NCBI GenBank assembly: GCA_004431415.1 | Contig: QPMI01000533.1 | Span: 310,001-374,000 of the forward strand | From: Cyanophora paradoxa CCMP329 | Lineage: Eukaryota; Plantae; Glaucophyta | Direction: 5' to 3' | DNA: 64,000 bases | Shown here: in pieces, positions 1 to 9,321 of the stretch | How the letters are laid out: each line of letters starts with the position of its first letter | Numbering within the stretch: the first letter of the stretch is position 1 | Program-made: the position numbers and the translations under genes | Notes under the pieces: generated by a model | What the model saw: the letters and a program-made list of their open reading frames with translations, nothing else | Told to the model about the DNA's origin: nothing | Database searches by the model: none

Positions 1-1686
1 GCGCGCCCGACGCGTCGACACGCTTGTTCTTGCGGTCGTCTTTGCGATCACGGTCGTCCCGATCGTCGCGATCGTCCCGGCGGCGGTCGCGATCGTCCTT
101 GCGATACTTGCGGCGGCGATCGTCGCGATCGTCCTCCGAGTCGCTGCGCCGGTCCGTCCGCCGATCACGGTCGCGCTCGCTACGCTTCTCATGGACTGCA
201 GCGATGGCGGCGGCCCGCGCCTCGACCATCTGATGGAAGATGACGGGATCGACTGTTGCGGGGGTAGACGACACTTGGACGCCGGCGTTGGCCTGGACGG
301 GTGCGCTGTTGCCGCTGTTGACGTCGTCCGTGCCCCCGTTTATGCCGATCGGCAGGCTGTTTGCTCCCGTACCGAACTGAATGTTGTGGATGCGGCCGTG
401 GAGGGGTACACCATTCTTGGGCACGTTGAGGGAGTTGACGGCCTGGACACGCCGCGAGAACTTGCTGGTGCTCACGCGTTTGGCGATGTACTCTGCCCAC
501 TGATCGGGGTCCTCCTTGTGCTCACGAGCTGCCTTTTCCGCCAGATCGAAGAGGTCGATGTTCGAGATGAGGGCCTCTGTCATCTCGTAGACGAGCACGG
601 CGTCCGGCATCACGTGCTCAAGCTGCAGCAACGCGCGTGTCTCAACGGTACGTTGCTTGTAGTCCTTGATGTCGGCGGGGATGAGCATTGACTTCGTTGC
701 CAGCTTCATGCCCTCGTTGAAGATGCGCTGCTTCATCAAGGTCTGGGGATTGTAGACGTTGGCGTACTCGCGGATGAGGACCGTTCGCATATCCTCGTAG
801 GACATGTCAGGACGTAGCTCGCGGCGCAGCGCCTGTAGAGGCGTGCCCTCAGCTTGTAGCATTGCCTTGTACAACGACTGAGCTTTAACAGTCTCTTTAT
901 CGGCGATGGTAGAGCTGTCGATGTTGTGCGTCCAGTCGTGGAACAGACTCAGATAGCCCAACACATCACTGTCCTTCTGGGGCACAGGCGGCGGGTATTG
1001 ATTGATTACATTCGTATAGGCGGAATTCGCAGCGATCGACTGCATGGCGGCGGCGTGGTCGCGATTGACAGCGAGCGACTTGTTCACGATGCGCCTCATG
1101 AAGGAATGACTCATGATGATGAAGCTTGAGGCACGTCGGGAGAATCGAAGATCGGCGAGCCGAAGACGGACGGGGTCGGGGCAGTGGCCGACGGGGTCGG
1201 GAGCGAGCACAGGATGAACTCGCCGTTGACAGGCGAGGTCGGGAACTGGTCGCCGCCGACTACGATTGCGCGACGCGTAGCGGTAGGCGGAGTGAGCTCC
1301 GAGTGGTAGAGAGGCTTGGTCGGTTCGTTGCTCCGAATGAAGCCGGTGCAGCCCCCATGCGCGGCTAAGGGAAGCACGCCCAGTGCAGACCTGAGCAGGC
1401 AGGTTGATGGCAAGAGGCTGAGCAGCACCAGTGCGACGGAGCAGCAGAGTCTCGGTAGGATTGAGTACAAAGGGAACAGATATAGCGCTAGACATAGCTA
1501 CAGCGAGGCTAGTCATAGTGCTAGGGCTATTCTGAGCGTGCTAAGATGGTCGCTGGACCAGATGGCAACGCGTACAAGGGTACAGGCCCAGAGGACAGGG
1601 CTAAATAAGGGAGCAGAGGCCAAGGGCCTAGCTAAGAGCTAGAGGACTAGCCGACGAGCCGAGCGAGTCGGGAAGTGGATGGCACA
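1..1686 (-). mobile_element. Retrotransposon 5' part (LTR-like end plus gag), nested in the endogenous virus; continues beyond window start
   Basis: On the minus strand it begins TGTGCCATCC at 1686, exactly where a viral ORF is cut. A CTAG-rich non-coding stretch (~1470-1686) follows, then a long open gag-like ORF. The second LTR, TSD and pol lie outside the window. Confidence 0.65.
2..1114 (-). CDS. gag: Gag-like capsid protein (partial, runs off window)
   Basis: Manual translation from ATG 1114: MSHSFMRR...PPPVPQKDSDVLGYLSLFHDWTHNI...KAQSLYKAML...MSYEDMRTVLIREYANVYNP..., a helical pattern typical of retrotransposon gag, then an R/D-rich tract. It is missing from the ORF track because there is no stop in the window. 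Confidence 0.6.
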   Translation of the reverse strand, partial: MSHSFMRRIVNKSLAVNRDHAAAMQSIAANSAYTNVINQYPPPVPQKDSDVLGYLSLFHDWTHNIDSSTIADKETVKAQSLYKAMLQAEGTPLQALRRELRPDMSYEDMRTVLIREYANVYNPQTLMKQRIFNEGMKLATKSMLIPADIKDYKQRTVETRALLQLEHVMPDAVLVYEMTEALISNIDLFDLAEKAAREHKEDPDQWAEYIAKRVSTSKFSRRVQAVNSLNVPKNGVPLHGRIHNIQFGTGANSLPIGINGGTDDVNSGNSAPVQANAGVQVSSTPATVDPVIFHQMVEARAAAIAAVHEKRSERDRDRRTDRRSDSEDDRDDRRRKYRKDDRDRRRDDRDDRDDRDRKDDRKNKRVDASGA

Positions 1687-1804
1687 TGCCCGGAAGGAAC
1701 TTGTTCACGATGCCGTCCATGTCGGCCTTCAGGTCGTTCTTCAGCGACTGGCGCTGCTTCTTAGAGCCCTCCCCAATGTCCATCATAGAGTGGCCCTTCG
1801 TCAT
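1687..1804 (-). pseudogene. 5' stub of a viral gene truncated by the retrotransposon
   Basis: ATG 1804 gives MTKGHSMMDIGEGSKKQRQSLKNDLKADMDGIVNKFLPG and then reads into the element. It has virus-like GC3 codon usage and the shared upstream AAATTTTC motif. Confidence 0.6.
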
Positions 1805-1883
1805 CGCGCCTCGGTTAGGATCCCAGTGGGAAAATTTATTGGTTCACATCGGCCTACCAAGCACACCCTGGCTAACAAGCAAT

Positions 1884-3254
1884 CTAATGGAAGCGGCGGT
1901 AGGCGCCGCCGTTGGTGAAGGTGATCTCGTTGTAGTAGCGGCAGTAGATGTCGGCCACGGGCTTGTCCGCGCCGTAGGTCTTGAGCGTGGTGAGCGTGAG
2001 CTCGATGGTCTTGAAGGCGCCCATGTCGAGGCCGCCGAACATCTTGGTGTTGTCGGCCACGTCCGTGCCGAAGGGGAGCGAGTAGATGAACTCCGTCCCG
2101 AACTGGCCCACGTTGCGGGGCTGGATGTCGCTGCTGTGCCCGTCGTGGGTCGCGAGGGTCGTGGGGGGCGTGTCGTTGCCCGACCACGGGTGCGGGTGCA
2201 GCGCGTCGGCCACGTCGGCCGCCGCCGTCCCGTCCATCGAGGTCACGCCCCGCAGCAGCTCGAGGTGCTTGCGCGCGGGGGCGTGCGTGTGCTCCTTGTG
2301 CGCGATGGCCGTGCGAAGGAAGTGCGCGTCGTGGTTCGAGCTGTCGAGCACCTTGATGTTGTCGCACTTCAGCTCGATCTTGTCGAGCGGGCGGAAGCGC
2401 CAGAAGTGCTCGCCGTTGTCGGTGTGCGGCTTGTCGCGCACCACGATGATCAGCTCGTAGCAGATTCCGGTGAAGGGCAGGCGGATGGCCTTGCCCGACT
2501 CGAACGAGACGTGGTAGTGCTGCACGTACTTGCCGGCCCACGTGAACGAGTTCGGGTGCAGCGCCAGCTCGCGCGAGTCAATGTGCACGTAGCGCAGGAT
2601 GAGCTTGGTGTCCAGGCTGACGGTGCTCGTCAGGTTGGTGTTGGTGTGCAGGCCGCCGTCCACGTACGAGGCCGTGATCTCCTTCTGCGAGGCGTAGGTG
2701 ATCTGCAGCTTCATGTCGTTTCCGGAGCAGCGGAGCTTGTGGAGCGGCACGGCGAACTTTCGACCGTGGCCCGTCGCGATGCGAATCGGTATGTACAGCG
2801 TGTTCGGGGCCTTGCCCCGGCGGCGCAGCGGCTGGTGCGCCCAGAGGTTGTTCACCATGTCGACGTGCTGGACGACGGACTTGTCGTCCTCGAACTCGCC
2901 GTAGATGGCGTCGTGGTGGCCGGTGTACTCGTGGATCAGCTGCGCGCCCACGAAGATCTTCACGTTCTTGAGCAGCACGTAGCCGGCCTTCGGGATGTAG
3001 AAGTGGTCCGCGTTCGTCAGCGCCGGCAGCGTCACCTTGAGCCAGGAGTCGTTGAACATCGGCGCCGAGTGCGGGATGACGATGTCGACGGTCTGGCTGA
3101 AGCTCACGCCCGACTGCACGGGGCTCACCTCGAGCACCTCGTCCACGAACGGCATCGCCGTGTCAAAGGTCTCGTGCACGTGCACCGACGCGTCGGAGCT
3201 GCGCAGCGAGTGGTGCAGGGCGGTCGTGGGGGTGGAGATGAGCGCGGAAGCCAT
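1884..3254 (-). CDS. MCP: Major capsid protein, NCLDV-type double jelly-roll (456 aa)
   Basis: Motif series of NCLDV MCPs: SFSQTVDIVIP..FNDSWLKVTLPAL; GYVLLKNVKIFVGAQLIHEYTG; TLYIPIRI..FAVPLHKL; FIYSLPFG..FGGLDM..IELTL; YCRYYNEITFTNGG. Confidence 0.88.
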   Translation of the reverse strand: MASALISTPTTALHHSLRSSDASVHVHETFDTAMPFVDEVLEVSPVQSGVSFSQTVDIVIPHSAPMFNDSWLKVTLPALTNADHFYIPKAGYVLLKNVKIFVGAQLIHEYTGHHDAIYGEFEDDKSVVQHVDMVNNLWAHQPLRRRGKAPNTLYIPIRIATGHGRKFAVPLHKLRCSGNDMKLQITYASQKEITASYVDGGLHTNTNLTSTVSLDTKLILRYVHIDSRELALHPNSFTWAGKYVQHYHVSFESGKAIRLPFTGICYELIIVVRDKPHTDNGEHFWRFRPLDKIELKCDNIKVLDSSNHDAHFLRTAIAHKEHTHAPARKHLELLRGVTSMDGTAAADVADALHPHPWSGNDTPPTTLATHDGHSSDIQPRNVGQFGTEFIYSLPFGTDVADNTKMFGGLDMGAFKTIELTLTTLKTYGADKPVADIYCRYYNEITFTNGGAYRRFH

Positions 3255-3296
3255 GGTGGTTTAGGGGTGCGTTGAGAAAATTTTTTGGGTGGACGC

Positions 3297-5267
3297 CTAC
3301 GTTATTAGAGAGCGCGCCCCCCGTCTCGCTAGGTCCGCGTCGTACGCCTTCTTGCGGAGTGCGTCCGTGATCGCAGACCAGTCGCGTGTGCCGTTAAGAT
3401 AACCCAGGGCAAGTCCTTGGCCCAACATGAAGTAACGCTCTGGGTCCAAGTTCATGAGTTGCTGGGCCCGCTCCTCTACGCGCCGCACACGCTCCATAAA
3501 GGGGCCCTTTGCCGCAGATCCGAGCGGGTCCGCTTCTCGCTCAGCTTCGAAGAATTTCACGACATCCCCGCCCAGGTCCGAAATATCACGGTGCTGCTCT
3601 GCTATCCGTGCCTGTGCCTTGTTGACTCCAGCTGCCTGGGCATGGGCTATCGATGCCAGTTGGTTGTAATCGATTTCTTCTGCAAGGTATTTCGCAACGG
3701 CGGCGTCCCCTGCAGCGCGCGCGATTTCGGGCGATACGCTCACAAGGAATCCCTCCCGGCGAGCCCGATTGGCCGCGCGCTCCGCTTCCGTCTCCTCGTC
3801 CATGGGATCGTCTGGACTGGCTGGATTGCCTGGAGCACCGGAGCGAAGTTTCTTCAGCAGCCCCGCACGGCGAGCTTCTGTCGCCTCTTTCACCTTCTTG
3901 GCGGCCAGTTCAAGCGCATCGTTTACGTCCATGGTCGCATACCCGGGTCTCCGCCCCATATCCTTGTACGCGGCCCTGCGCTTGTCCATGGCTTCCTTCT
4001 CGCGCGGGGACGAGGGGGCGATTTCTATCCCCGCGTTTGCGAGTTGAGCCTGGACGGCGACGGGCACCTGCTCGAGCACGGCCCTTGCCGCCGCAACAGC
4101 CACCGCCTCGGCCGCCACCACCTCTGGCGGGCGCGAGGGCCCCGCCTGCGGCTCGGGTGGCGGCGGGGGCGGCGGTGGGGGTGGAGGCGGGGGCTGCTGC
4201 TCCGCTGGGGGCGCCGACGACCGGGCCACCGTGTCCGGGGGCTGCGAGGGGCCGGGCTGCGGCTGCAGCGGTGGCGTCTTCGGCCCGGGGGGCGGAGGCG
4301 GCGGAGGCGGAGGCCCCGGAGGCGGGGCCCCCCCTTCGTCGTCGGAGTCTGACTCGATCATTTCGTCTCTGGGTTCCTTGGACGGTAGGGCCTTCTGAAT
4401 GAGGGCCTCGCGCGCGCCCTTGCCCGCCTTGATTGCTCTGCCCATGGCCGCCTCCGGGAAACTGGCCTCGATGGCCTCGTTGTCCCCGTCCGTGATGCGC
4501 ACCTTCTGCTCGCGGCGGGCCTTGATGTACTTTTCCTTGTCCATCCGCTTCTTCGCCCGTCGCCTCTCCCTGGGCACGTCGCGCTGGCGGCTCTCGTCCG
4601 GCCCCGGCCCCTCGCTGTCCGAGCTCGAGGGCGGCTCGGCCTGGGCGAAGGGCTGGCGCGTGTTGCGGTTCGCGTAGTCGGGGTCGTACCTCCCTCCGAT
4701 CAGCTCCTCGGGCTTCTTGTTCTCGCGCGCGTAGATGCTCGTGGGCTTGAACTCCTCGCCGTTGATGATGTACTTGTAGTAGTAGTACGCATCCTCGAGG
4801 TTCATCGGCCCCAGCGTCTCGAGGCGCTTCTTGCGCTTCAGGAATTCGGTGATCTGATCCTCCTTCGACTTGCAGAACTCCCGCACGCCCGGCAGCACCG
4901 TCAGGTTCTTGCCGTCCACGTCGCAGGCGCCCGCTCCCTTGGCCTTCAGGTTCGCGGTGAAGGCCGACTGGCCCATCAGCCAGGCGCGGAAGCCCTCCTC
5001 GTACTCCTCGTCGAGGCTCGACTCCATCTGCTGGAACTTGTTGATGTAGTACGCGTTGGCGATGGCCTGCGCCTCCACCTCGGCGAGCTTGTCCGATTGA
5101 TCGCGCTCCTCGAACCGAATTTCCGGCGTGGCCCTCGCCAGCGCCGTCTTCATCAGCTGCTGAAAGTGCGCGTACTTGTCGCTCTCGAAGGGCGTGATGT
5201 GCGAGTCCCCGCCCCCCGGGATCGCGAGCACGTTGCGCGGCGCGAAACGCGAGGCGAGCCCCCTCAT
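3297..5267 (-). CDS. Viral protein with globular N-terminal domain and Pro-rich linker (656 aa)
   Basis: Long ORF with viral codon usage. N-domain FRAWLMGQS..LPGVREF..GPMNLEDAYYYYKYII, followed by poly-Pro tracts. Function unknown. Confidence 0.8.
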   Translation of the reverse strand: MRGLASRFAPRNVLAIPGGGDSHITPFESDKYAHFQQLMKTALARATPEIRFEERDQSDKLAEVEAQAIANAYYINKFQQMESSLDEEYEEGFRAWLMGQSAFTANLKAKGAGACDVDGKNLTVLPGVREFCKSKEDQITEFLKRKKRLETLGPMNLEDAYYYYKYIINGEEFKPTSIYARENKKPEELIGGRYDPDYANRNTRQPFAQAEPPSSSDSEGPGPDESRQRDVPRERRRAKKRMDKEKYIKARREQKVRITDGDNEAIEASFPEAAMGRAIKAGKGAREALIQKALPSKEPRDEMIESDSDDEGGAPPPGPPPPPPPPPGPKTPPLQPQPGPSQPPDTVARSSAPPAEQQPPPPPPPPPPPPPEPQAGPSRPPEVVAAEAVAVAAARAVLEQVPVAVQAQLANAGIEIAPSSPREKEAMDKRRAAYKDMGRRPGYATMDVNDALELAAKKVKEATEARRAGLLKKLRSGAPGNPASPDDPMDEETEAERAANRARREGFLVSVSPEIARAAGDAAVAKYLAEEIDYNQLASIAHAQAAGVNKAQARIAEQHRDISDLGGDVVKFFEAEREADPLGSAAKGPFMERVRRVEERAQQLMNLDPERYFMLGQGLALGYLNGTRDWSAITDALRKKAYDADLARRGARSLIT

Positions 5268-5542
5268 TTGCTCTTCTTAGGGGCTGGCTTTGAAATTTTA
5301 TCGGTCTTGGCCTTGTCTTCCTTCCCGTCCTTCTTATCGGCCCCCTTCTTCCCCTGCTTCGTCGGGCGCATCGCCACGAATATTTCGCCGGGCGAGACGT
5401 CCTCGTACAGCGGCTTCGGCCCCTTAGGAAATTCGGGCGGCCCCTTCAGCTTCTCCTTCGCCTCCTTCACCTCGGCCTTGGTGGGCCGCTCCTGCCCGTT
5501 CGTGGGCGCCTTTTTCGCGGGCTTCTTCTGCGCCTCCGGCAT
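5264..5542 (-). CDS. Small Lys-rich basic protein (possible DNA-binding core protein)
   Basis: 92 aa, K/P-rich; ATGA overlap with the next gene; upstream TATTTTTCTG motif. Confidence 0.7.
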   Translation of the reverse strand: MPEAQKKPAKKAPTNGQERPTKAEVKEAKEKLKGPPEFPKGPKPLYEDVSPGEIFVAMRPTKQGKKGADKKDGKEDKAKTDKISKPAPKKSK

Positions 5543-5544
5543 GT

Positions 5545-5883
5545 TTACCCATCACCAGAAAAATATGGGTTGGCGCCCCCGTACGTCTCGGGGAACTGCC
5601 TCTCCCACCTGCGCATGGCCGCGTCCCTCTGGTCGTCGAAGCTACGGTAGGCCGCGGCCCTCTGCCCCATCACGATTTGCCAGAGCCGTGCACGGACCTC
5701 GTCCTGCAGTCTGTACACCCAATCGCGAATGTTCTCGACGATATCCGTCGGCAGCGTGGCCAACCCCGCCTTGATCTCGGGTACATCCGTGGGATCCTCT
5801 TCGAGCGTAAGCTTCTGCATGCGAGCGCGCAGCATCTCAATTTGCGTATCGATTGGGGCCCAATAAGGGATAGATCGAGACAT
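5545..5883 (-). CDS. Hypothetical viral protein (112 aa)
   Basis: Tight packing, upstream TATTTCTC motif, weak similarity to 27082-27552. Confidence 0.65.
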   Translation of the reverse strand: MSRSIPYWAPIDTQIEMLRARMQKLTLEEDPTDVPEIKAGLATLPTDIVENIRDWVYRLQDEVRARLWQIVMGQRAAAYRSFDDQRDAAMRRWERQFPETYGGANPYFSGDG

Positions 5884-5895
5884 CGGGGTACGGGG

Positions 5896-6159
5896 TCACT
5901 GAGAAATAACACTGGGTCGGAAGAGGAGGTACCCCACCAGGATCCCCGCTATAATCCAGAGGGGCGACCAGTCGCGCTCCGCCGGCGCGCCCCCGGGCGT
6001 CACCATCAGCTGCCCCGCCCCGGGCCTGCGCAGGCCGTGCGTGCGGTGGTCCGCCCAGTGCGGGCGCGGGAACTGCTCCTGCGGCATGCGCTCGGGGTAG
6101 ATGCCGTCGAATCGGTTCTGCATTTGGTACATGTCCCTATCGAACAGCAGGGAGGCCAT
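5896..6159 (-). CDS. Small protein with C-terminal TM helix
   Basis: 87 aa ending LWIIAGILVGYLLF; upstream TATTTCT motif. Confidence 0.7.
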   Translation of the reverse strand: MASLLFDRDMYQMQNRFDGIYPERMPQEQFPRPHWADHRTHGLRRPGAGQLMVTPGGAPAERDWSPLWIIAGILVGYLLFRPSVISQ

Positions 6160-6385
6160 TTCTCAATTTGGGGAGGGACTTAGAAATACTGCCCGTGAGC
6201 TCCCTGTCGCGGATCCTGCGAAAATCCGCGAAGAGCCCGCGCGCGCAGCGCCTGCAGACGAGGCGGGCCCGCCCGCCCACGCGCGCCACCGAGATCTCGT
6301 GGCCGAACTGCAGGTGGCCCGGGAAGCAGGTGGGGGGGTAGTCGCAGACGAAGCAGTGGCAGGGGCAGTTGCGCCGCCGGATCAC
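6137..6385 (-). CDS. Possible small Cys-rich zinc-finger protein (start uncertain)
   Basis: CPCHCFVCD...LVCRRCARG fills the gap between genes; only a GTG start was found. Confidence 0.4.
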   Translation of the reverse strand: MIRRRNCPCHCFVCDYPPTCFPGHLQFGHEISVARVGGRARLVCRRCARGLFADFRRIRDRELTGSISKSLPKLRNGLPAVR

Positions 6386-6777
6386 ATCTGAATTGCAATC
6401 GCGGGCTCGCTCGCCGCCTTCCTCGGCGCGCGCTGGCGCTTGGGCTGGGCCTCGAGCGGGCTCGGGTCGCCCTCCGCGGGGGCCGCCTTGGCCTTCTGCC
6501 GGGGCGCCGCGGGGGGCTTCGGGGCCGTAGGGGCTGCCGGTGCCTGGCTCGAGCCGGCGGCCGGGCCAGCGGCGTCGGTCACCTGCGGGCGCTGCGGCGG
6601 CGGGCTGGTCTCCCGGGCCCCCTCCTCGAGGACCCGGCGCATGAAGCGCGAGACGCGGCCGCTGCATTGCGTGCAGGAGCCGACGGCCACCTGGCGGTTG
6701 TTCTTGCTGGTACGCACCTCGACGTTGGCGAGCTTGGTGTTGGAGCGGCACTTGAAGCAGTAGTGGGCGTGCTCCAT
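6382..6777 (-). CDS. DUF5679-like zinc-ribbon protein
   Basis: YCFKCRSNTKLANVEVRTSKNNRQVAVGSCTQCSGRVSRF follows the DUF5679 pattern (YCxKC..TKNGR..GxCxxC). Confidence 0.8.
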   Translation of the reverse strand: MEHAHYCFKCRSNTKLANVEVRTSKNNRQVAVGSCTQCSGRVSRFMRRVLEEGARETSPPPQRPQVTDAAGPAAGSSQAPAAPTAPKPPAAPRQKAKAAPAEGDPSPLEAQPKRQRAPRKAASEPAIAIQM

Positions 6778-6786
6778 GGGATCTAG

Positions 6787-6948
6787 CTACGGGTGTAGAC
6801 AGCCTTCAGAAAAAAGTGCGTAGTAGCGGACGGCGCACCGGGGGCAGCAGACGTAGACGCCCGCCTTGAGCACCCAGCCGCGCTTGGTCTGGGGCAGGCG
6901 GCAGATTTCGCAGCAGAGGGGCCTCGGCTTACGGCATGACGATCCCAT
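6787..6948 (-). CDS. Small zinc-finger protein
   Basis: CCEIC...VCCPRC; ATG 6948 is preceded by the GATTTCTG motif. Confidence 0.5.
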   Translation of the reverse strand: MGSSCRKPRPLCCEICRLPQTKRGWVLKAGVYVCCPRCAVRYYALFSEGCLHP

Positions 6949-6978
6949 CTGCGGGCCCTCCAGAAATCGCAACGGGAA

Positions 6979-7455
6979 TCACACCGGATTGAGCGCGGCG
7001 TAGAGCGCGATCAGGTAGGCGTCGCAGAGGTCGTCGAGCTTGCCGTTTCGATCCGCGATGTCGGCGAGCTCGGCGGGTACGAGGTCGCGGCACTTGTCCA
7101 CGGCGCCCCGCTTGCGCTCCTTGTAGCTCGGGTTCGAGATCTTGAAGAAGTGCTTGATGGCGCGCGGGCTCACGATCCGCGCACGCCCGTACAGGAGGGC
7201 GTGGAGCGTGCACTCGATGCAGCGATTGATTCCCGTCCTCTGGCCCTCGATCGCGATCTGGTCGGGAAGGCCGAAGGCGCTATGGCCGCGAGTAACCTCC
7301 ACCAGGCGCGCCACAAGGCGGCCACAGCAGCGCGCAGACGGGAAGAGGGCGATCTTCTGCCAGTCGAGAATCTGGGATTCCTTTGTCTGCGGATCGAATT
7401 CGATGAGGCACCATGCGAAATTGATGACCCCCACATCCACGCCGAGGATCTTCAT
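6979..7455 (-). CDS. RuvC/poxvirus A22-like Holliday junction resolvase (158 aa)
   Basis: MKILGVDVGVINFAWC (Asp I), IAIEGQ (Glu), SYKERK, KLDDLCDAYL (C-terminal Asp pair). Confidence 0.9.
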   Translation of the reverse strand: MKILGVDVGVINFAWCLIEFDPQTKESQILDWQKIALFPSARCCGRLVARLVEVTRGHSAFGLPDQIAIEGQRTGINRCIECTLHALLYGRARIVSPRAIKHFFKISNPSYKERKRGAVDKCRDLVPAELADIADRNGKLDDLCDAYLIALYAALNPV

Positions 7456-7492
7456 TCCAGGGTCGCAAGAAAATCTGAATGAAGGGGGTAAA
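7456..7492. promoter_or_regulatory. 37-bp divergent intergenic region (RuvC/ATPase) with the shared AT-rich viral motif
   Basis: GAAAATCTG lies between two head-to-head ATGs; the same layout occurs at 23137-23175. Confidence 0.5.
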
Positions 7493-8563
7493 ATGGCCAA
7501 AGACCCCAAGAAGCCGAAGAAGCCGAAGGCGGCCAAGCCCCAGCCCGCCCAGCCCCAGGGCGCCGCCCCGGCCCCCGCCCCCGCCGCGGGCCAGGCCACC
7601 GGCACGGGCGCGGGCACGGCCCCCGCCGCCGGCGCCAGCTGCGCCATGGGCATGACAGAGGACGGCCAGCAGCTCACGCCCGAGCAGGTCAACGCCTTCC
7701 TCGACAACTCGAAGACGGGCGGCATCGAGCGCATGGCCTGCCTGCCCGAGCTCAAGTGGTTCGACGTGAACACCGTCAAGTCCGATGCCACGGTCGTCTG
7801 CGTCGGCAAGCGGCGCACGGACAAGTCCTTCTTCCTCCGCGATCTCATGTTCAACCTCTCGGGCACCTTCCCGGGGGGTATCGTGATCAGCCAGACCGAT
7901 CGCCTGAACGGGTACTGGAAGCAGTACATCCCGCAGCGCTTCATCTGGCCCAAGTACAACCCGGGCGTGCTCTTCCATTTATTCAGGAGGCAGCAGGCGA
8001 TCATGCAGCACAACAAGTCCGAAGACGTGCTCGCGGGAAAGGAGGATCCCGTCGACCCGCGATTTTTCGTGCTGCTCGACGACGTGATTTCCGACGCTCG
8101 GCTGCGGTACGACGAGGCCCTCAACGAGCTCTTCGTGGCGGGGCGCCACTACAAAATCATGACCCTTATCACGACGCAGTATGCCAAGGGCATCAATCCC
8201 GTCCTGCGCTCCAATACTGATCTGGCTGTCATTTTCAAGTGCTCGCAGGCGATGCAGCGCGAGGCCCTCGCAAAGGAGTGGGGCGACATCATATCCCAGC
8301 GCGCCTTCTACTACCTGCTCGATAAATACACGCAGGATAACCACTGCCTTATCATCGATTCTTCCAACAACTCTACGAACCCTCTGGACGTCCTGTACGT
8401 CTACAAGGCCGAGGAGCCGCCCCCGTTCCGAATCGGATCCAAGGAGTACTGGGAGGGCGAAACCGTCAACGGGGAAAATCTCGTGGGTCCGGACGACGGC
8501 ACGGTGGACAAGACGCTCCTCGGCATGATAGATAATTTCAGGAAGCACCGCGGCCTCGCCTGA
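7493..8563 (+). CDS. A32-like (FtsK/HerA) genome-packaging ATPase; Walker A has G>D
   Basis: VVCVGKRRTDKS, GIVISQTD..YIP, FFVLLDDVI (Walker B), LFVAGRHYKI..TTQY..INPVLRSNTD. Confidence 0.92.
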   Translation: MAKDPKKPKKPKAAKPQPAQPQGAAPAPAPAAGQATGTGAGTAPAAGASCAMGMTEDGQQLTPEQVNAFLDNSKTGGIERMACLPELKWFDVNTVKSDATVVCVGKRRTDKSFFLRDLMFNLSGTFPGGIVISQTDRLNGYWKQYIPQRFIWPKYNPGVLFHLFRRQQAIMQHNKSEDVLAGKEDPVDPRFFVLLDDVISDARLRYDEALNELFVAGRHYKIMTLITTQYAKGINPVLRSNTDLAVIFKCSQAMQREALAKEWGDIISQRAFYYLLDKYTQDNHCLIIDSSNNSTNPLDVLYVYKAEEPPPFRIGSKEYWEGETVNGENLVGPDDGTVDKTLLGMIDNFRKHRGLA

Positions 8564-8589
8564 TTTTTTCTGAGGCTTCGTGCGTAACC

Positions 8590-8940
8590 ATGTCGCCCAG
8601 CGCCCACATCGCCTCCGTCTTCCGCGTCGAGTCCATCGCCTACGACTGCCTCCTCGAGGCCAGCCTCGACCCCTCCTCGCCCTTCAACGACGGCGAGGTC
8701 AGCAGCGCCCTGGAGAGGATCTGCGACGCGCTGGGAATTAACTGGGAGCGCCTGACCGCGGAGGCGGCGGACGAGGCCGCGGCCGAGTCGCTGGGAAGCG
8801 AGGACACCAGCTCGGAGGAGATGACAGACGAAGAGGGAGACAGGGTGATTTACGTGCGCGACCCGGACGATTTTGCGACCTCGGAATCGGGCTCGGAGGA
8901 GGAGGCAGAGGAGACCGAGGACGAGGACTCCGACGCCTAG
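8590..8940 (+). CDS. Acidic hypothetical viral protein
   Basis: 116 aa with E/D-rich tail; upstream ATTTTTTC motif. Confidence 0.7.
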   Translation: MSPSAHIASVFRVESIAYDCLLEASLDPSSPFNDGEVSSALERICDALGINWERLTAEAADEAAAESLGSEDTSSEEMTDEEGDRVIYVRDPDDFATSESGSEEEAEETEDEDSDA

Positions 8941-8976
8941 GCGCGCCCCTTAAAAAATTTCCGAGGCCCCAGGAAA

Positions 8977-9321
8977 ATGTCAAAGGTGCTCCTAGGGCTC
9001 TCCCAGGCCATCGTGCAGTACGCCCTCGGCCTGGCATCCGGCTCCCTCATCGACGCCGCCTTCTCCTCGCACGAAGGCGAAAACAGGGCCGGCCACGCGG
9101 CCGAGCTCGCCGCGCAGGTCGCCGTCAACGGCCTCTCCCTCGGCCTGCTCTCGAAGTACGTGCTCACCCTCAAGTTCTTCGACGACGACCCCACGGGCGG
9201 AATTATGTTCATCCTCGGATTTACACACGGGCAGACGAACATGCTAATCAAGGCTACCAGCGCTAGCTTCGGAATCAAGCAGGCGCTCGAGCGGAAGGCC
9301 GCCGCGATCACTAAAGAGTAG
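8977..9321 (+). CDS. Putative virion membrane protein
   Basis: 114 aa, three hydrophobic or amphipathic segments, DPTGGIMF motif. Confidence 0.65.
   Translation: MSKVLLGLSQAIVQYALGLASGSLIDAAFSSHEGENRAGHAAELAAQVAVNGLSLGLLSKYVLTLKFFDDDPTGGIMFILGFTHGQTNMLIKATSASFGIKQALERKAAAITKE

Noticed and set aside
1400-1570. Primer-binding site and 3' edge of the LTR
   Set aside because: There are several CA..TGG candidates and none can be matched to a tRNA by eye.
1686-3275. 529-aa plus-strand ORF and similar long shadow ORFs (e.g. 3417-4352, 10291-11244, 15131-16156)
   Set aside because: Antisense shadows of GC3-rich real genes, with no motifs.
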